From a virus, in IMG/VR virus record IMGVR_UViG_3300045107_000440, positions 1 to 64,000 of that record: a stretch of DNA of 64,000 bases, one strand, 5' to 3'. Every line of letters begins with the position of its first letter. The first letter of the stretch is position 1. The translations under genes and the position numbers were made by a program. Under the pieces are notes generated by a model, which was given only the letters and a program-made list of their open reading frames with translations, had not been told where the DNA came from and made no database searches. Shown in pieces: positions 51,012 to 58,714 of this stretch.

Positions 51012-51394
51012 TTTTTACTAGCGTAATCGATTAAAACAATTTTGTTATCTAAAAATCCAATGTTCTCTCGTTTCAAATCTGAGAAGTGATTTCTGATGGG
51101 ATTTTCAGAAATCCAATTGTGTAAAAAAACGATGTAATCAACCGGCTGCGCGCGCCTCATGATCAAAATCCATCCTCCCCACGAACACCAAAGCACAGGG
51201 CACAGGGACGTCCTCACTTCATACAAGGCACTTCCTTTAACATTTGCGCACTTCCACGTCAAAGACTCTTCCATGTTCCCGACAAGCCCGAGAAGAAAGT
51301 GTTTCCACGCACAAGGGTTGGGAAACTTGATAGCCCATTTGCCTATAAGCAATACCCAGCGCGTGACTCCGGTGGTGATGAATTGAATTTCCAT
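51008..51394 (-). CDS. hypothetical protein
   Basis: Track ORF. A TACATTTG box on the minus strand at 51402-51409 lies just upstream. Confidence 0.55.
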   Translation of the reverse strand: MEIQFITTGVTRWVLLIGKWAIKFPNPCAWKHFLLGLVGNMEESLTWKCANVKGSALYEVRTSLCPVLWCSWGGWILIMRRAQPVDYIVFLHNWISENPIRNHFSDLKRENIGFLDNKIVLIDYASKK

Positions 51395-51401
51395 TGTGCT
51401 T

Positions 51402-51409
51402 CAAATGTA
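51402..51409 (-). promoter_or_regulatory. -7 box TACATTTG (minus strand)
   Basis: Lies 7 nt upstream of the start at 51394. Confidence 0.45.
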
Positions 51410-51521
51410 AAAATAATTAACCAAAGTATTTGCATGAAAGAAAAATTATTTTACTTTTGATCCATGATTTGACACTCTAATGCGTTCTTTATTATCATGC
51501 GTTTATAGGTTTGGAAAAAAA

Positions 51522-51782
51522 ATGGCGGCTTTTAGGGTGGCCGCCTTTTTTAAACTCAATGAAAAAAAAGTGGAAAAGTTACATGACAATGCGGTTTGCC
51601 CTATTTGTAATAAACAGGGACTTAGCCTGGTTCACGAGCGGAGCCTGGCAGTAAACGGTATTGTCGAAATCCACGCCAACGAATATTATGGACACTATGT
51701 GCATGGGGGAGATAATTTACTGATCCGATTTGGATTAGCGGAAGATGTAGAGGAGTTGATAGGGGCGATTCGTTTGCAGTAA
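51522..51782 (+). CDS. hypothetical protein (CPIC motif), doubtful start
   Basis: ATG 51522 within track ORF 51480..51782. A GC hairpin plus T-run (51524-51552) lies inside its 5' end. Confidence 0.35.
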   Translation: MAAFRVAAFFKLNEKKVEKLHDNAVCPICNKQGLSLVHERSLAVNGIVEIHANEYYGHYVHGGDNLLIRFGLAEDVEELIGAIRLQ

Positions 51783-51800
51783 AACGTTCATTGAAGATAT

Positions 51801-51860
51801 TCTCCGGATTAAGGATCACAACCTAAACAGGCGCTCGTGAACGCCTGAGTCCGGAGATTT
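51801..51860 (+). other. compound hairpin immediately upstream of the second tRNA cluster
   Basis: tctccgga (51801-08) pairs with tccggaga (51850-57). Inner hairpin caggcg/cgcctg (51828-47). Then ttt and the tRNA at 51861. Confidence 0.5.
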
Positions 51861-51935
51861 GGGGAAGTAGCTCAACTGGGTAGAGCGCTGGGGTGTTTTC
51901 CCGGAAGGTTGTTGGTTCGAGTCCAGCCTTCTCCA
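51861..51935 (+). tRNA. tRNA of uncertain identity (central triplet GTT in a non-canonical loop gtgtttt; G3-U70 and A73)
   Basis: Clean cloverleaf: acceptor ggggaag/cttctcc, D arm gctc-aactgggta-gagc, T arm gttgg-ttcgagt-ccagc. The anticodon loop has G32 and T37. Confidence 0.55.
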
Positions 51936-51958
51936 CGAAACGTTCTTTAAAAATTATT

Positions 51959-52109
51959 GGGGTGTTAGCCTTTATTGGCAAAGGCTTCTCGATGTTAATT
52001 GCATCAGGGCAGTAGTTAAAATAAAATTATTGGTTGCAAACATGATTTTATAAATAGACCACGAAAGAAGCAAGCTTCTTTATTATCGGTTCGATTCCGA
52101 TACACTCCA
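51959..52109 (+). ncRNA. oversized tRNA-like gene (151 nt)
   Basis: Acceptor ggggtgt (51959-65) pairs with acactcc (52102-08), including G3-U70, with A73. It has a normal D arm gcc-tttattggcaaa-ggc and T arm atcgg-ttcgatt-ccgat. About 95 nt sit where a 17-nt anticodon arm is expected. Confidence 0.4.
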
Positions 52110-52122
52110 CAATTGGAATCCT

Positions 52123-52246
52123 AGAGAGGTGGCGGAAGATAGACGACTTACGAATCGACTAAGTAAGGTTCAAAGGCCGGTCGATGCTGGGAAGTAACAG
52201 CCCTTAGCGTGGCCAGAAATGCAGGTATCGAATCCTGCCCTCTCTG
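52123..52246 (+). ncRNA. oversized tRNA-like gene (124 nt)
   Basis: Acceptor agagagg (52123-29) pairs perfectly with cctctct (52239-45). It has a Leu-like D region tggcggaagatagac and T arm gcagg-tatcgaat-cctgc. Extra internal hairpins include 52154-59/52180-85. Confidence 0.4.
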
Positions 52247-52266
52247 GGTTCCTTTGGTTTTAACAT

Positions 52267-52340
52267 CGCGGGGTGGAGCAGTTGGTCAGCTCGTTGGGTT
52301 CATATCCCAAAGGTCACAAGTTCGAGTCTTGTCCCCGCTA
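52267..52340 (+). tRNA. initiator-type tRNA-Met (anticodon CAT)
   Basis: Anticodon arm ttggg-ttcatat-cccaa has three consecutive G-C pairs next to the loop. There is a 1:72 mismatch (C x T). T arm acaag-ttcgagt-cttgt. Confidence 0.75.
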
Positions 52341-52342
52341 CT

Positions 52343-52582
52343 ATGAAATATACATGTGAATTTTGCAAAAAAGAATTCGATTCATGGTTTTATTATAAGA
52401 TTCATTCTTGTAATAAAGACACATCGACCCAATCAGAATCGATTACTGAATACAAATATGATGATACGTCTTCACAACAAGATTCTCCCATCATAGACTC
52501 GTCTTCCGATTCGGGCATTAGTTCAGAAGATTTTGGCGGTGGTGGTGATTTTGGCGGTGGCGGATCAAGCGACAGTTGGTAA
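52343..52582 (+). CDS. small zinc-finger-like protein with Gly-rich tail
   Basis: CEFCKKEF...HSC followed by DFGGGGDFGGGGSSDSW. Starts 3 nt after the initiator-type tRNA. Confidence 0.5.
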   Translation: MKYTCEFCKKEFDSWFYYKIHSCNKDTSTQSESITEYKYDDTSSQQDSPIIDSSSDSGISSEDFGGGGDFGGGGSSDSW

Positions 52583-52783
52583 TGAAAGATTTGATTGTAA
52601 TCCAAGGCCGACTCCATCATAGATTCTAATGAAATTCTGACCCCAGAGATATTTGACCGGCTTTGGAACGGAGGAGATCCTTCAAAAAACGTATCGCATG
52701 TTTACGACCTGATCATTCAGGAACTTGACTCCGAGCAACGCGTAAGCTACAAGGCTAATTTTAATGACTCTAAGAAAGCGATA

Positions 52784-53602
52784 TTGGAATTCGGGGGAGA
52801 GAACCTCACCTTCCAGGAGATAACTTCTGAGTGGCTCAGAAGATTTGAAAAGGCTCCATCGATGAAGAAAGATAAGGATGGAAACTCCTACCCAAGGAGC
52901 AAATCTACCATAGGTTTCTACCTGCGGCCTTTGCGTAAAGTTTTCAATAGAGCGATTAAAATGCGCCTAGTGTCCTCCGAGTTCTACCCCTTCGGGGATC
53001 AAGGGTATAAAATTAAGAAAGGGAAGAACGTTAAGAAAGCTTTGAGTACCGAGCAGAAAAATCAATTGCTGGTTTATTCCCCGAACTCAGATAAAGAACA
53101 GGAGGCGTGGGATTACTTTGTCTTCAGTTACTTCTGTAACGGCATGAACTTTGCTGACATCGCTAAGATTCAAAGGAAACACATTACAGAAAGGTCTATC
53201 TTGTTTTACCGGCAGAAGACCGACAGCGAGATCATTGAAATCCCTTTGAGAAAGGAGATACGGGAAATCATTTTACGCAGAGGCGTGCATGATCTATCAC
53301 CTCATGCTTTTGTCTTCCCGATCTACACTCACAATATGAGTGCCCAGGATAAATTGGAGAAGAAAAAAGAGTGGATTAAAAAGACAAATGAGGAGCTGGA
53401 GATCATATCAAAGAACCTGAATTTTCCCTTTAAGTTAACGACCTACCATGCCAGACATACGTTTGCTACCGTGGCTTTAAGAAATGGCGCTCCAAAGGAG
53501 TTTATTCAAAAGGCGTTGGGACACACGAGCATGAACACCACAGAAAATTATCTGGCAGATCTTGAATTTGATGTTAAGAAGGCTGTTTCGGATGGGCTGT
53601 AG
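52784..53602 (+). CDS. int: tyrosine recombinase/integrase, possibly degenerate
   Basis: C-terminal box HARHTFAT...LGHTSMNTTENYL is present. The only canonical-type start is TTG 52784, although the frame and SAM-like-domain-type sequence stay open back to 52601. The expected first catalytic Arg position reads N (CNGMNFADI). Confidence 0.65.
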   Translation: MEFGGENLTFQEITSEWLRRFEKAPSMKKDKDGNSYPRSKSTIGFYLRPLRKVFNRAIKMRLVSSEFYPFGDQGYKIKKGKNVKKALSTEQKNQLLVYSPNSDKEQEAWDYFVFSYFCNGMNFADIAKIQRKHITERSILFYRQKTDSEIIEIPLRKEIREIILRRGVHDLSPHAFVFPIYTHNMSAQDKLEKKKEWIKKTNEELEIISKNLNFPFKLTTYHARHTFATVALRNGAPKEFIQKALGHTSMNTTENYLADLEFDVKKAVSDGL

Positions 53603-53717
53603 CTTTATTCCTTCTTTTGCTTGGTGTCTTCTTCTTGGGGAGGAAATAATTGGATAATGATAAAAAGACAAAAACTACTATTCAGAATGCAAAACAAAAG
53701 GTAATATTCTATAATTG

Positions 53718-54197
53718 TCATTTGTTTCTGGTTATAGTGAATTGACTTTTAACTTCTTCTCTAACTTGTGGAAACTGGTTATGGTAAATTATGATACCAT
53801 TTTCAATATCCTTCCAAAGCTCCTCCTGCGTCTCCTCCTTCACTTCCTCTTTCTTCTTGAGGATGGCAACGGTTATAATTTCAGCATTCTCAGCGCATCC
53901 AATGTTGTCAGGATCATTGTAGCTTGGAACCCATCCGGAAGAAAGTACTTCTTTAATCTCCACCTCCCAGCCATCTGGTATTGGGTAGAGCTTGCCTTCG
54001 ATTGGTTCTAAGTCTTCTGATACGGTAAAGAAATTCCATGCGGTTTGATCTTCGAACGGCACAAACGTTTCGCCTATTGCCCTAGCAAGGTCTTCTTCGT
54101 ATTGCTTTTTAAGTCCTATAAATCTAGGATCATGATCTATTTTCTCAGGCGCTTCAATAACGCCAAAGACTCCGTTTTTTAAAATTGCTGCTTTCAT
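53718..54197 (-). CDS. hypothetical protein
   Basis: Track ORF. Confidence 0.55.
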   Translation of the reverse strand: MKAAILKNGVFGVIEAPEKIDHDPRFIGLKKQYEEDLARAIGETFVPFEDQTAWNFFTVSEDLEPIEGKLYPIPDGWEVEIKEVLSSGWVPSYNDPDNIGCAENAEIITVAILKKKEEVKEETQEELWKDIENGIIIYHNQFPQVREEVKSQFTITRNK

Positions 54198-54535
54198 TTC
54201 TTGTCGGGGTTAGATTTGCCATTCTTAATGGCATCAATAATTTCTTGTGGAGTTTCTTGTATAAATGCCTCAATTACTGTTCTAAAATCAGCTTCCTTAA
54301 AAACAAATAATGAACATTTGACATTTTTTGAATAATGCCCATTTTCTGTTTTAATGGATGATGGATGATTCTGTAAAATGAATTTACTCAATTCCAGCGC
54401 CACTTTGTTCTTGCAAACATCTTCAATCGGAAATCTGCTTTCGGCATCAGAACTAAATTGCATCTCATAAGTAAACTTACTATTGATTAGTTTTAATCTT
54501 CTAAAGATATTAACTATGCTTTGTTCCCAATTCAT
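54194..54535 (-). CDS. hypothetical protein
   Basis: Track ORF; 4-nt overlap. Confidence 0.55.
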   Translation of the reverse strand: MNWEQSIVNIFRRLKLINSKFTYEMQFSSDAESRFPIEDVCKNKVALELSKFILQNHPSSIKTENGHYSKNVKCSLFVFKEADFRTVIEAFIQETPQEIIDAIKNGKSNPDKK

Positions 54536-54599
54536 GCGTGTAAAGTTAATATTTTCGATCTTTTTGAGTGATAGTAATGCTCTACTTCGTAAGCGTGGT

Positions 54600-54893
54600 C
54601 TATGTCTTTGGTTTGTAGAAAACTTCTAAGTATTTGAAATATCCTGAATAGTTACCGCTTCCAGAATAAGTATAATAGACAATTTGCAATTCTTCGTGAT
54701 TATAAAAATGATCCTTCACAATATCAGCAGGAGTTCTTTCGTCTGAATCAATATCGATTGATTTATGTTTAAAACCATATTCGCTCAAGGTGGGCTTTAT
54801 AGTCTCTTTTATCCATCCTTTTGACGAGTCAGATACAGAATAAATATCTGGATTATACTTCTTTCTAAACGTACTCCAAGTCATTAAACTCAT
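54600..54893 (-). CDS. hypothetical protein
   Basis: Track ORF. Confidence 0.5.
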   Translation of the reverse strand: MSLMTWSTFRKKYNPDIYSVSDSSKGWIKETIKPTLSEYGFKHKSIDIDSDERTPADIVKDHFYNHEELQIVYYTYSGSGNYSGYFKYLEVFYKPKT

Positions 54894-55009
54894 AAAAATT
54901 CAGTTTTGTATTTTCCCCATTCAACGATAGATTTTACCTTGCCACATTTTGTGCATTTATAAAATCCATCCCACATTCTAATAAGTGTGTGTGTTTCACA
55001 TTGTTTCAT
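54890..55009 (-). CDS. 39-aa zinc-ribbon-like peptide
   Basis: MKQCETHTLIRMWDGFYKCTKCGK...; its stop overlaps the downstream start (ATGA). Below the ORF-track cutoff. Confidence 0.35.
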   Translation of the reverse strand: MKQCETHTLIRMWDGFYKCTKCGKVKSIVEWGKYKTEFL

Positions 55010-55077
55010 AAATCAAAATCCTTTTATTAGAAAGAATAACACCATGTGCTTTATTAATCTGTAGCGGTAGAGAAGGG

Positions 55078-55344
55078 TCATGGATTTAATTGCTCTAATC
55101 CCAATTTTTTCCTTGCCTCCTTTATCTCATGAATTGCGGGTCTTAATTCCTTTATTTTTTCGAACAACTGAATCAAGTCTTTTTCAAATGGCCGTATGTA
55201 ATGGATTCCAAGATGTTTGTAAAATACTTTTAGAAAAGCCTCGTGTCCGTATCCGGCGAGCGCATCCAAGGCCATTACTTCTCGCTCAGTAAGTTCCACT
55301 TTAACTGAAAATGAAACCTGCGTTTTGATCTCTGCTTTCATCAC
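55078..55344 (-). CDS. hypothetical protein
   Basis: Track ORF. Confidence 0.5.
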   Translation of the reverse strand: MMKAEIKTQVSFSVKVELTEREVMALDALAGYGHEAFLKVFYKHLGIHYIRPFEKDLIQLFEKIKELRPAIHEIKEARKKLGLEQLNP

Positions 55345-55682
55345 CCGAAAAACACCTGTCCCTCTACTGTTAACTTCTCCCCTTTCTTAGGCTTCTTAGG
55401 CTTGCAGGTGAAGGAGATTTGGCAATTTGGTATAGCCTTAAAGAGTTTGATAGGCCACGTTCCTGAATAAACACCTCTCTTAGCTTCAATTCCGCTGTTT
55501 GAAAATAAAAATTCAAGTTTATCAGAACACGCAATTACCTGTCCGCTAAAACTAGTTATCATTATCTGATCAGTCGTTTCGCTTGCTTGCACCACCGCCC
55601 AATCGCTATCTGATTTCTTGTAGAGATAAAGGAAGCCTTGTTTGATTTTCATACGAGTTTTGTTTTGTTTTCGTTGTACCAT
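55341..55682 (-). CDS. hypothetical protein
   Basis: Track ORF. Confidence 0.5.
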   Translation of the reverse strand: MVQRKQNKTRMKIKQGFLYLYKKSDSDWAVVQASETTDQIMITSFSGQVIACSDKLEFLFSNSGIEAKRGVYSGTWPIKLFKAIPNCQISFTCKPKKPKKGEKLTVEGQVFFG

Positions 55683-55954
55683 TTAATGAATTCGACTACT
55701 GCTTTGTAGACTGTTTCAATTGTTGAATTGCTTTCAATTGGAACTGTCCAGCTTTTAGTCTTTGACATGACTTTAGTTATTCTACACCCCTTACCGCCAG
55801 ATAACCATATTTCAACAATACAGCCCATCCCTTCAATCTTCTCCACTACTGGCATAAGCCTATTGAAGTCAATCTCATCACCTATTTTTTCTCCGATAAA
55901 ATTTGAAAGCAAATTACTTTCATCTTTGTTCATTTTTACTATTGATATTTCCAT
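55649..55954 (-). CDS. hypothetical protein
   Basis: Track ORF; an alternative start is at 55933. Confidence 0.5.
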   Translation of the reverse strand: MEISIVKMNKDESNLLSNFIGEKIGDEIDFNRLMPVVEKIEGMGCIVEIWLSGGKGCRITKVMSKTKSWTVPIESNSTIETVYKAVVEFIKWYNENKTKLV

Positions 55955-56059
55955 GTGAATCCTTTATATGTTTTTAATTTACCAGTGCAAGCATCTTGAA
56001 TTGACACCCTATGAAAATATTTGTATTCCCAAATTTGAATTGAGCTATAAAACCCATAC

Positions 56060-56272
56060 TCATAAGCCCAATTTCAGAAGCTCCTTCTCGTTTAATCGAA
56101 TTCCCTTAGGAAGCAAATCTTTATTTGCCTTCCATTCAGCGATGATTTTTATGTCATCTGCCGTTACTTGAAATCGTGAACCGTCATGCCTTTCAAGCCA
56201 ATTTCCTATTTGTAATTCTTCTGCCTTCATACCCGAAAGGTAAATTATTTTTCCTTCAGTACAGATCAGCAA
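56060..56272 (-). CDS. hypothetical protein
   Basis: Track ORF; an alternative start is at 56230. Confidence 0.45.
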   Translation of the reverse strand: MLICTEGKIIYLSGMKAEELQIGNWLERHDGSRFQVTADDIKIIAEWKANKDLLPKGIRLNEKELLKLGL

Positions 56273-56449
56273 GCAAAATTATTTTGGCAGAATTTTGGCA
56301 GAGAAGTGTATTTAACGATGAACTGATGTTTGTGTAATGGTGTACTAATGGTGTATGTAAGTATCTGAATATTAATTACTTGACTATTGTTTTTGCCCGG
56401 ATTTTACTATATTTCGAATGCGATTGAAAGGGGAGTGGAACTGACTATT

Positions 56450-56486
56450 GATCAGGTTGTCGTTGGTTCAAATCCAACAGGGCCCA
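56450..56486 (+). other. orphan tRNA 3' fragment (T arm plus 3' acceptor strand)
   Basis: gttgg-ttcaaat-ccaac followed by agggccc-a. No complementary 5' acceptor strand was found upstream. Confidence 0.5.
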
Positions 56487-56508
56487 CGCTTGATTATCAA
56501 GTAGTTAC

Positions 56509-56536
56509 AAGCCACTTCAATCGAAGTGGCTTTTTT
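56509..56536 (+). terminator. rho-independent terminator
   Basis: Stem aagccacttc/gaagtggctt with a 4-nt loop, followed by T6. Confidence 0.6.
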
Positions 56537-56577
56537 ATTTGCCGCGCATTTTGGCAGGATTTTGACAGAAGCATGGC

Positions 56578-57093
56578 ATGAAAGACACAATTCATATTAC
56601 ACCTGAAACATTAAATTCAGATCAAAAGTTGCTGAATCGCTTTTTATCCAGCTTTGAAAAGACCGAAGGATGCTGGGAATGGAAAGGTTTTTTCAGAAAA
56701 GGAGGATATGGAGCATTTACAATAAACCGGAGAATGTATGGCGCTCATCGAGTCTCATACGAGTATTTCAAAGGCCGTATTCCAAAAGGAAAGATTATAT
56801 GTCACAAATGCGATAATCCGAAGTGCATCAATCCTGACCATTTGTTTGTCGGCACCCGCACGGATAATTATTGGGATGCTCGGAAAAAGGGCCATATCAA
56901 ATCCTATAACAACATACTCAAACCTAAAAAATACGAATTATCAGATTATAAGCATCCTGGTAGTAAACCGTATGATTTAGGATGTCGATGTGAGAAATGT
57001 GTTGCTTACAAAAGGGAAATCGCCAATCGGTATCGAGATAGAAAAAGACTTAAAAAGCAAGCGGAATCAGCAAGTCAATCCCTTTTCCAATGA
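56578..57093 (+). CDS. HNH homing endonuclease
   Basis: CWEWKG...GYGAF...AHRVSYE...ICHKCDNPKCINPDHLFVGT is the classic HNH_3 pattern. Confidence 0.8.
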   Translation: MKDTIHITPETLNSDQKLLNRFLSSFEKTEGCWEWKGFFRKGGYGAFTINRRMYGAHRVSYEYFKGRIPKGKIICHKCDNPKCINPDHLFVGTRTDNYWDARKKGHIKSYNNILKPKKYELSDYKHPGSKPYDLGCRCEKCVAYKREIANRYRDRKRLKKQAESASQSLFQ

Positions 57094-57299
57094 CCCACCA
57101 ACATTCATTATTCCCCTACAAAGAAATGGCCCCCAAGGCCGGGCTCAGGAAGATCGTTACCAAAGAACGAATTCAGGAGATGAACAAGCTGCTTCACGCG
57201 GGAGACACCAGGGGATTGGTAGAGAGATTAGAGGACTTAAACGACCGGCTGGAAAGATTTGAACAAAGGATTAAACACAAACATGGTAATAGCAATTGA
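57090..57299 (+). CDS. hypothetical protein
   Basis: Track ORF; ATGA overlap with the HNH stop. Confidence 0.5.
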   Translation: MTHQHSLFPYKEMAPKAGLRKIVTKERIQEMNKLLHAGDTRGLVERLEDLNDRLERFEQRIKHKHGNSN

Positions 57300-57723
57300 T
57301 TTTGATGGAACGTGCGTAGCGCATGAATTTCCAAAAGTAGGTAAAGACATAGGTGCACAGAAGGTTTTGAAAAGACTCGTGGAGGAAGGCCACAATTTGA
57401 TTTTGTGGACCATGAGAAACAACTGTGAGAATAACACTGGGTTCTCAGAAGAGGCTCCTAATGTTTACAACGGGAATCATTTGGATGATGCTGTCCAATG
57501 GTTTGAAAAAAATGGCATCAAGTTGTACGGAATTCAAAGGAACCCGACACAAGATTCATGGACAAAAAGCCCGAAGTGTTATGCCCAATTGTACATCGAT
57601 GATGCAGCCCTTGGAGCACCATTGAAAAGTGACACAGATGTTTCGGCCAGGCCATTTATAAATTGGATTGTGGTTGAAAGGATGCTGGAAGCAGAAGGAA
57701 TTTTGAAAATGACAGAAGTGTAA
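57283..57723 (+). CDS. HAD-superfamily phosphatase/nucleotidase-like protein
   Basis: MVIAIDFDGTCV carries the DxDxT motif I. LILWTMR and YIDDAALG match later HAD motifs. Confidence 0.65.
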   Translation: MVIAIDFDGTCVAHEFPKVGKDIGAQKVLKRLVEEGHNLILWTMRNNCENNTGFSEEAPNVYNGNHLDDAVQWFEKNGIKLYGIQRNPTQDSWTKSPKCYAQLYIDDAALGAPLKSDTDVSARPFINWIVVERMLEAEGILKMTEV

Positions 57724-57728
57724 AAACA

Positions 57729-58262
57729 GTGAACTACTTCCAAACGAAATTCAAGAAAGCGAAGCTGTGGATTTGTACCCATTGCAATAGAAAGAATTCA
57801 CCGGAGGATCTTACTTGTGGATTTTGCCAGCAACCCAAAGTTGAGAAAGAGAAGAAAGCCAAGAAAGGGAAGCCCTATGACGAACAAGTTTTATGGCCTG
57901 TTTTTTCCCTCTACATCAGACTTCGGGACTCAGATAAAAATGGAATAGGACTTTGCTTCACATGCAACAAACCTAAGCATTATTTAAAGGCCGATTGTGG
58001 CCACGGTATTCCCCGACAGCACAAGGCAACCAAATACAATGAACAGAATAATCACCTTCAGTGTAAGGCCTGCAATGGCTTCCAGGGGGGCATGAGAGAA
58101 GCCTACAAGGAACACATGGACAAAAAGTATGGATCGGGAACATGGGATAAAATGCTGGTGGCTTCTAAGTCGGTATCAAAATTAGGAAAGGTAGAGATAG
58201 ACTTGCTTGCCGCGCACTACGCTAAGGAGGTTGAGAGATTGAAAGCGGAAAAATTAAAGTGA
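57729..58262 (+). CDS. ninG: NinG/Rap-family recombination endonuclease
   Basis: FSLYIRLRD...CFTC...ADCGH...NNHLQCKACN follows the lambda NinG pattern. The start codon is GTG. Confidence 0.65.
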   Translation: MNYFQTKFKKAKLWICTHCNRKNSPEDLTCGFCQQPKVEKEKKAKKGKPYDEQVLWPVFSLYIRLRDSDKNGIGLCFTCNKPKHYLKADCGHGIPRQHKATKYNEQNNHLQCKACNGFQGGMREAYKEHMDKKYGSGTWDKMLVASKSVSKLGKVEIDLLAAHYAKEVERLKAEKLK

Positions 58263-58454
58263 CAGGAAGGAAACCAAATCCGCCACGGTGTCAGCTACCC
58301 CAATTTCAAATAACTCTCTACTTGATAGACTTAACAATTTTTGCCATCCTGGAAGTCGATGTTTTTTCATGTAATGAAAGGCAGCGGGATTTATCGGAAC
58401 AAAATTCACTTGTTCTTTGAAAATAATTCGAATGCGTGGTCTACTTTCCATCAA
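58254..58454 (-). CDS. hypothetical protein (doubtful)
   Basis: Track ORF, convergent with ninG. Confidence 0.3.
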   Translation of the reverse strand: MMESRPRIRIIFKEQVNFVPINPAAFHYMKKHRLPGWQKLLSLSSRELFEIGVADTVADLVSFLSL

Positions 58455-58582
58455 AATTCAATCTACTTCTTTTTGTCGGGCAGCATTTATCGGCTCTTCC
58501 TCCGCAATATAAACAACGTTCTTCGCCCTGCCATTTAGGGGTTCGAAAGTGGAACAAGAGTTTTATAAAGCTACTGATTTTA

Positions 58583-58714
58583 TCCATGCTTATTCACCTT
58601 AGGATTATGCCTTCCACCGAGCCAAGAGAAGCACAGGAATAAAAGAAAGATGGCGAAGTAAAATATCACCACCCAAAATACGATGAAGCCGATGGCTAGG
58701 TAGAGGTAAGTCAT
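58583..58714 (-). CDS. 43-aa membrane peptide (candidate)
   Basis: MTYLYLAIGFIVFWVVIFYFAIFLLFLCFSWLGG...; ATGA overlap with the upstream stop. Confidence 0.3.

Noticed and set aside
51524-51552. GC hairpin plus T-run (ggcggc...gccgcc tttttt), considered as a terminator.
   Set aside because: It lies inside the 5' end of the only plausible ORF (51522..51782), and there is no upstream plus-strand gene to terminate. It is left unresolved and lowers confidence in that ORF's start.
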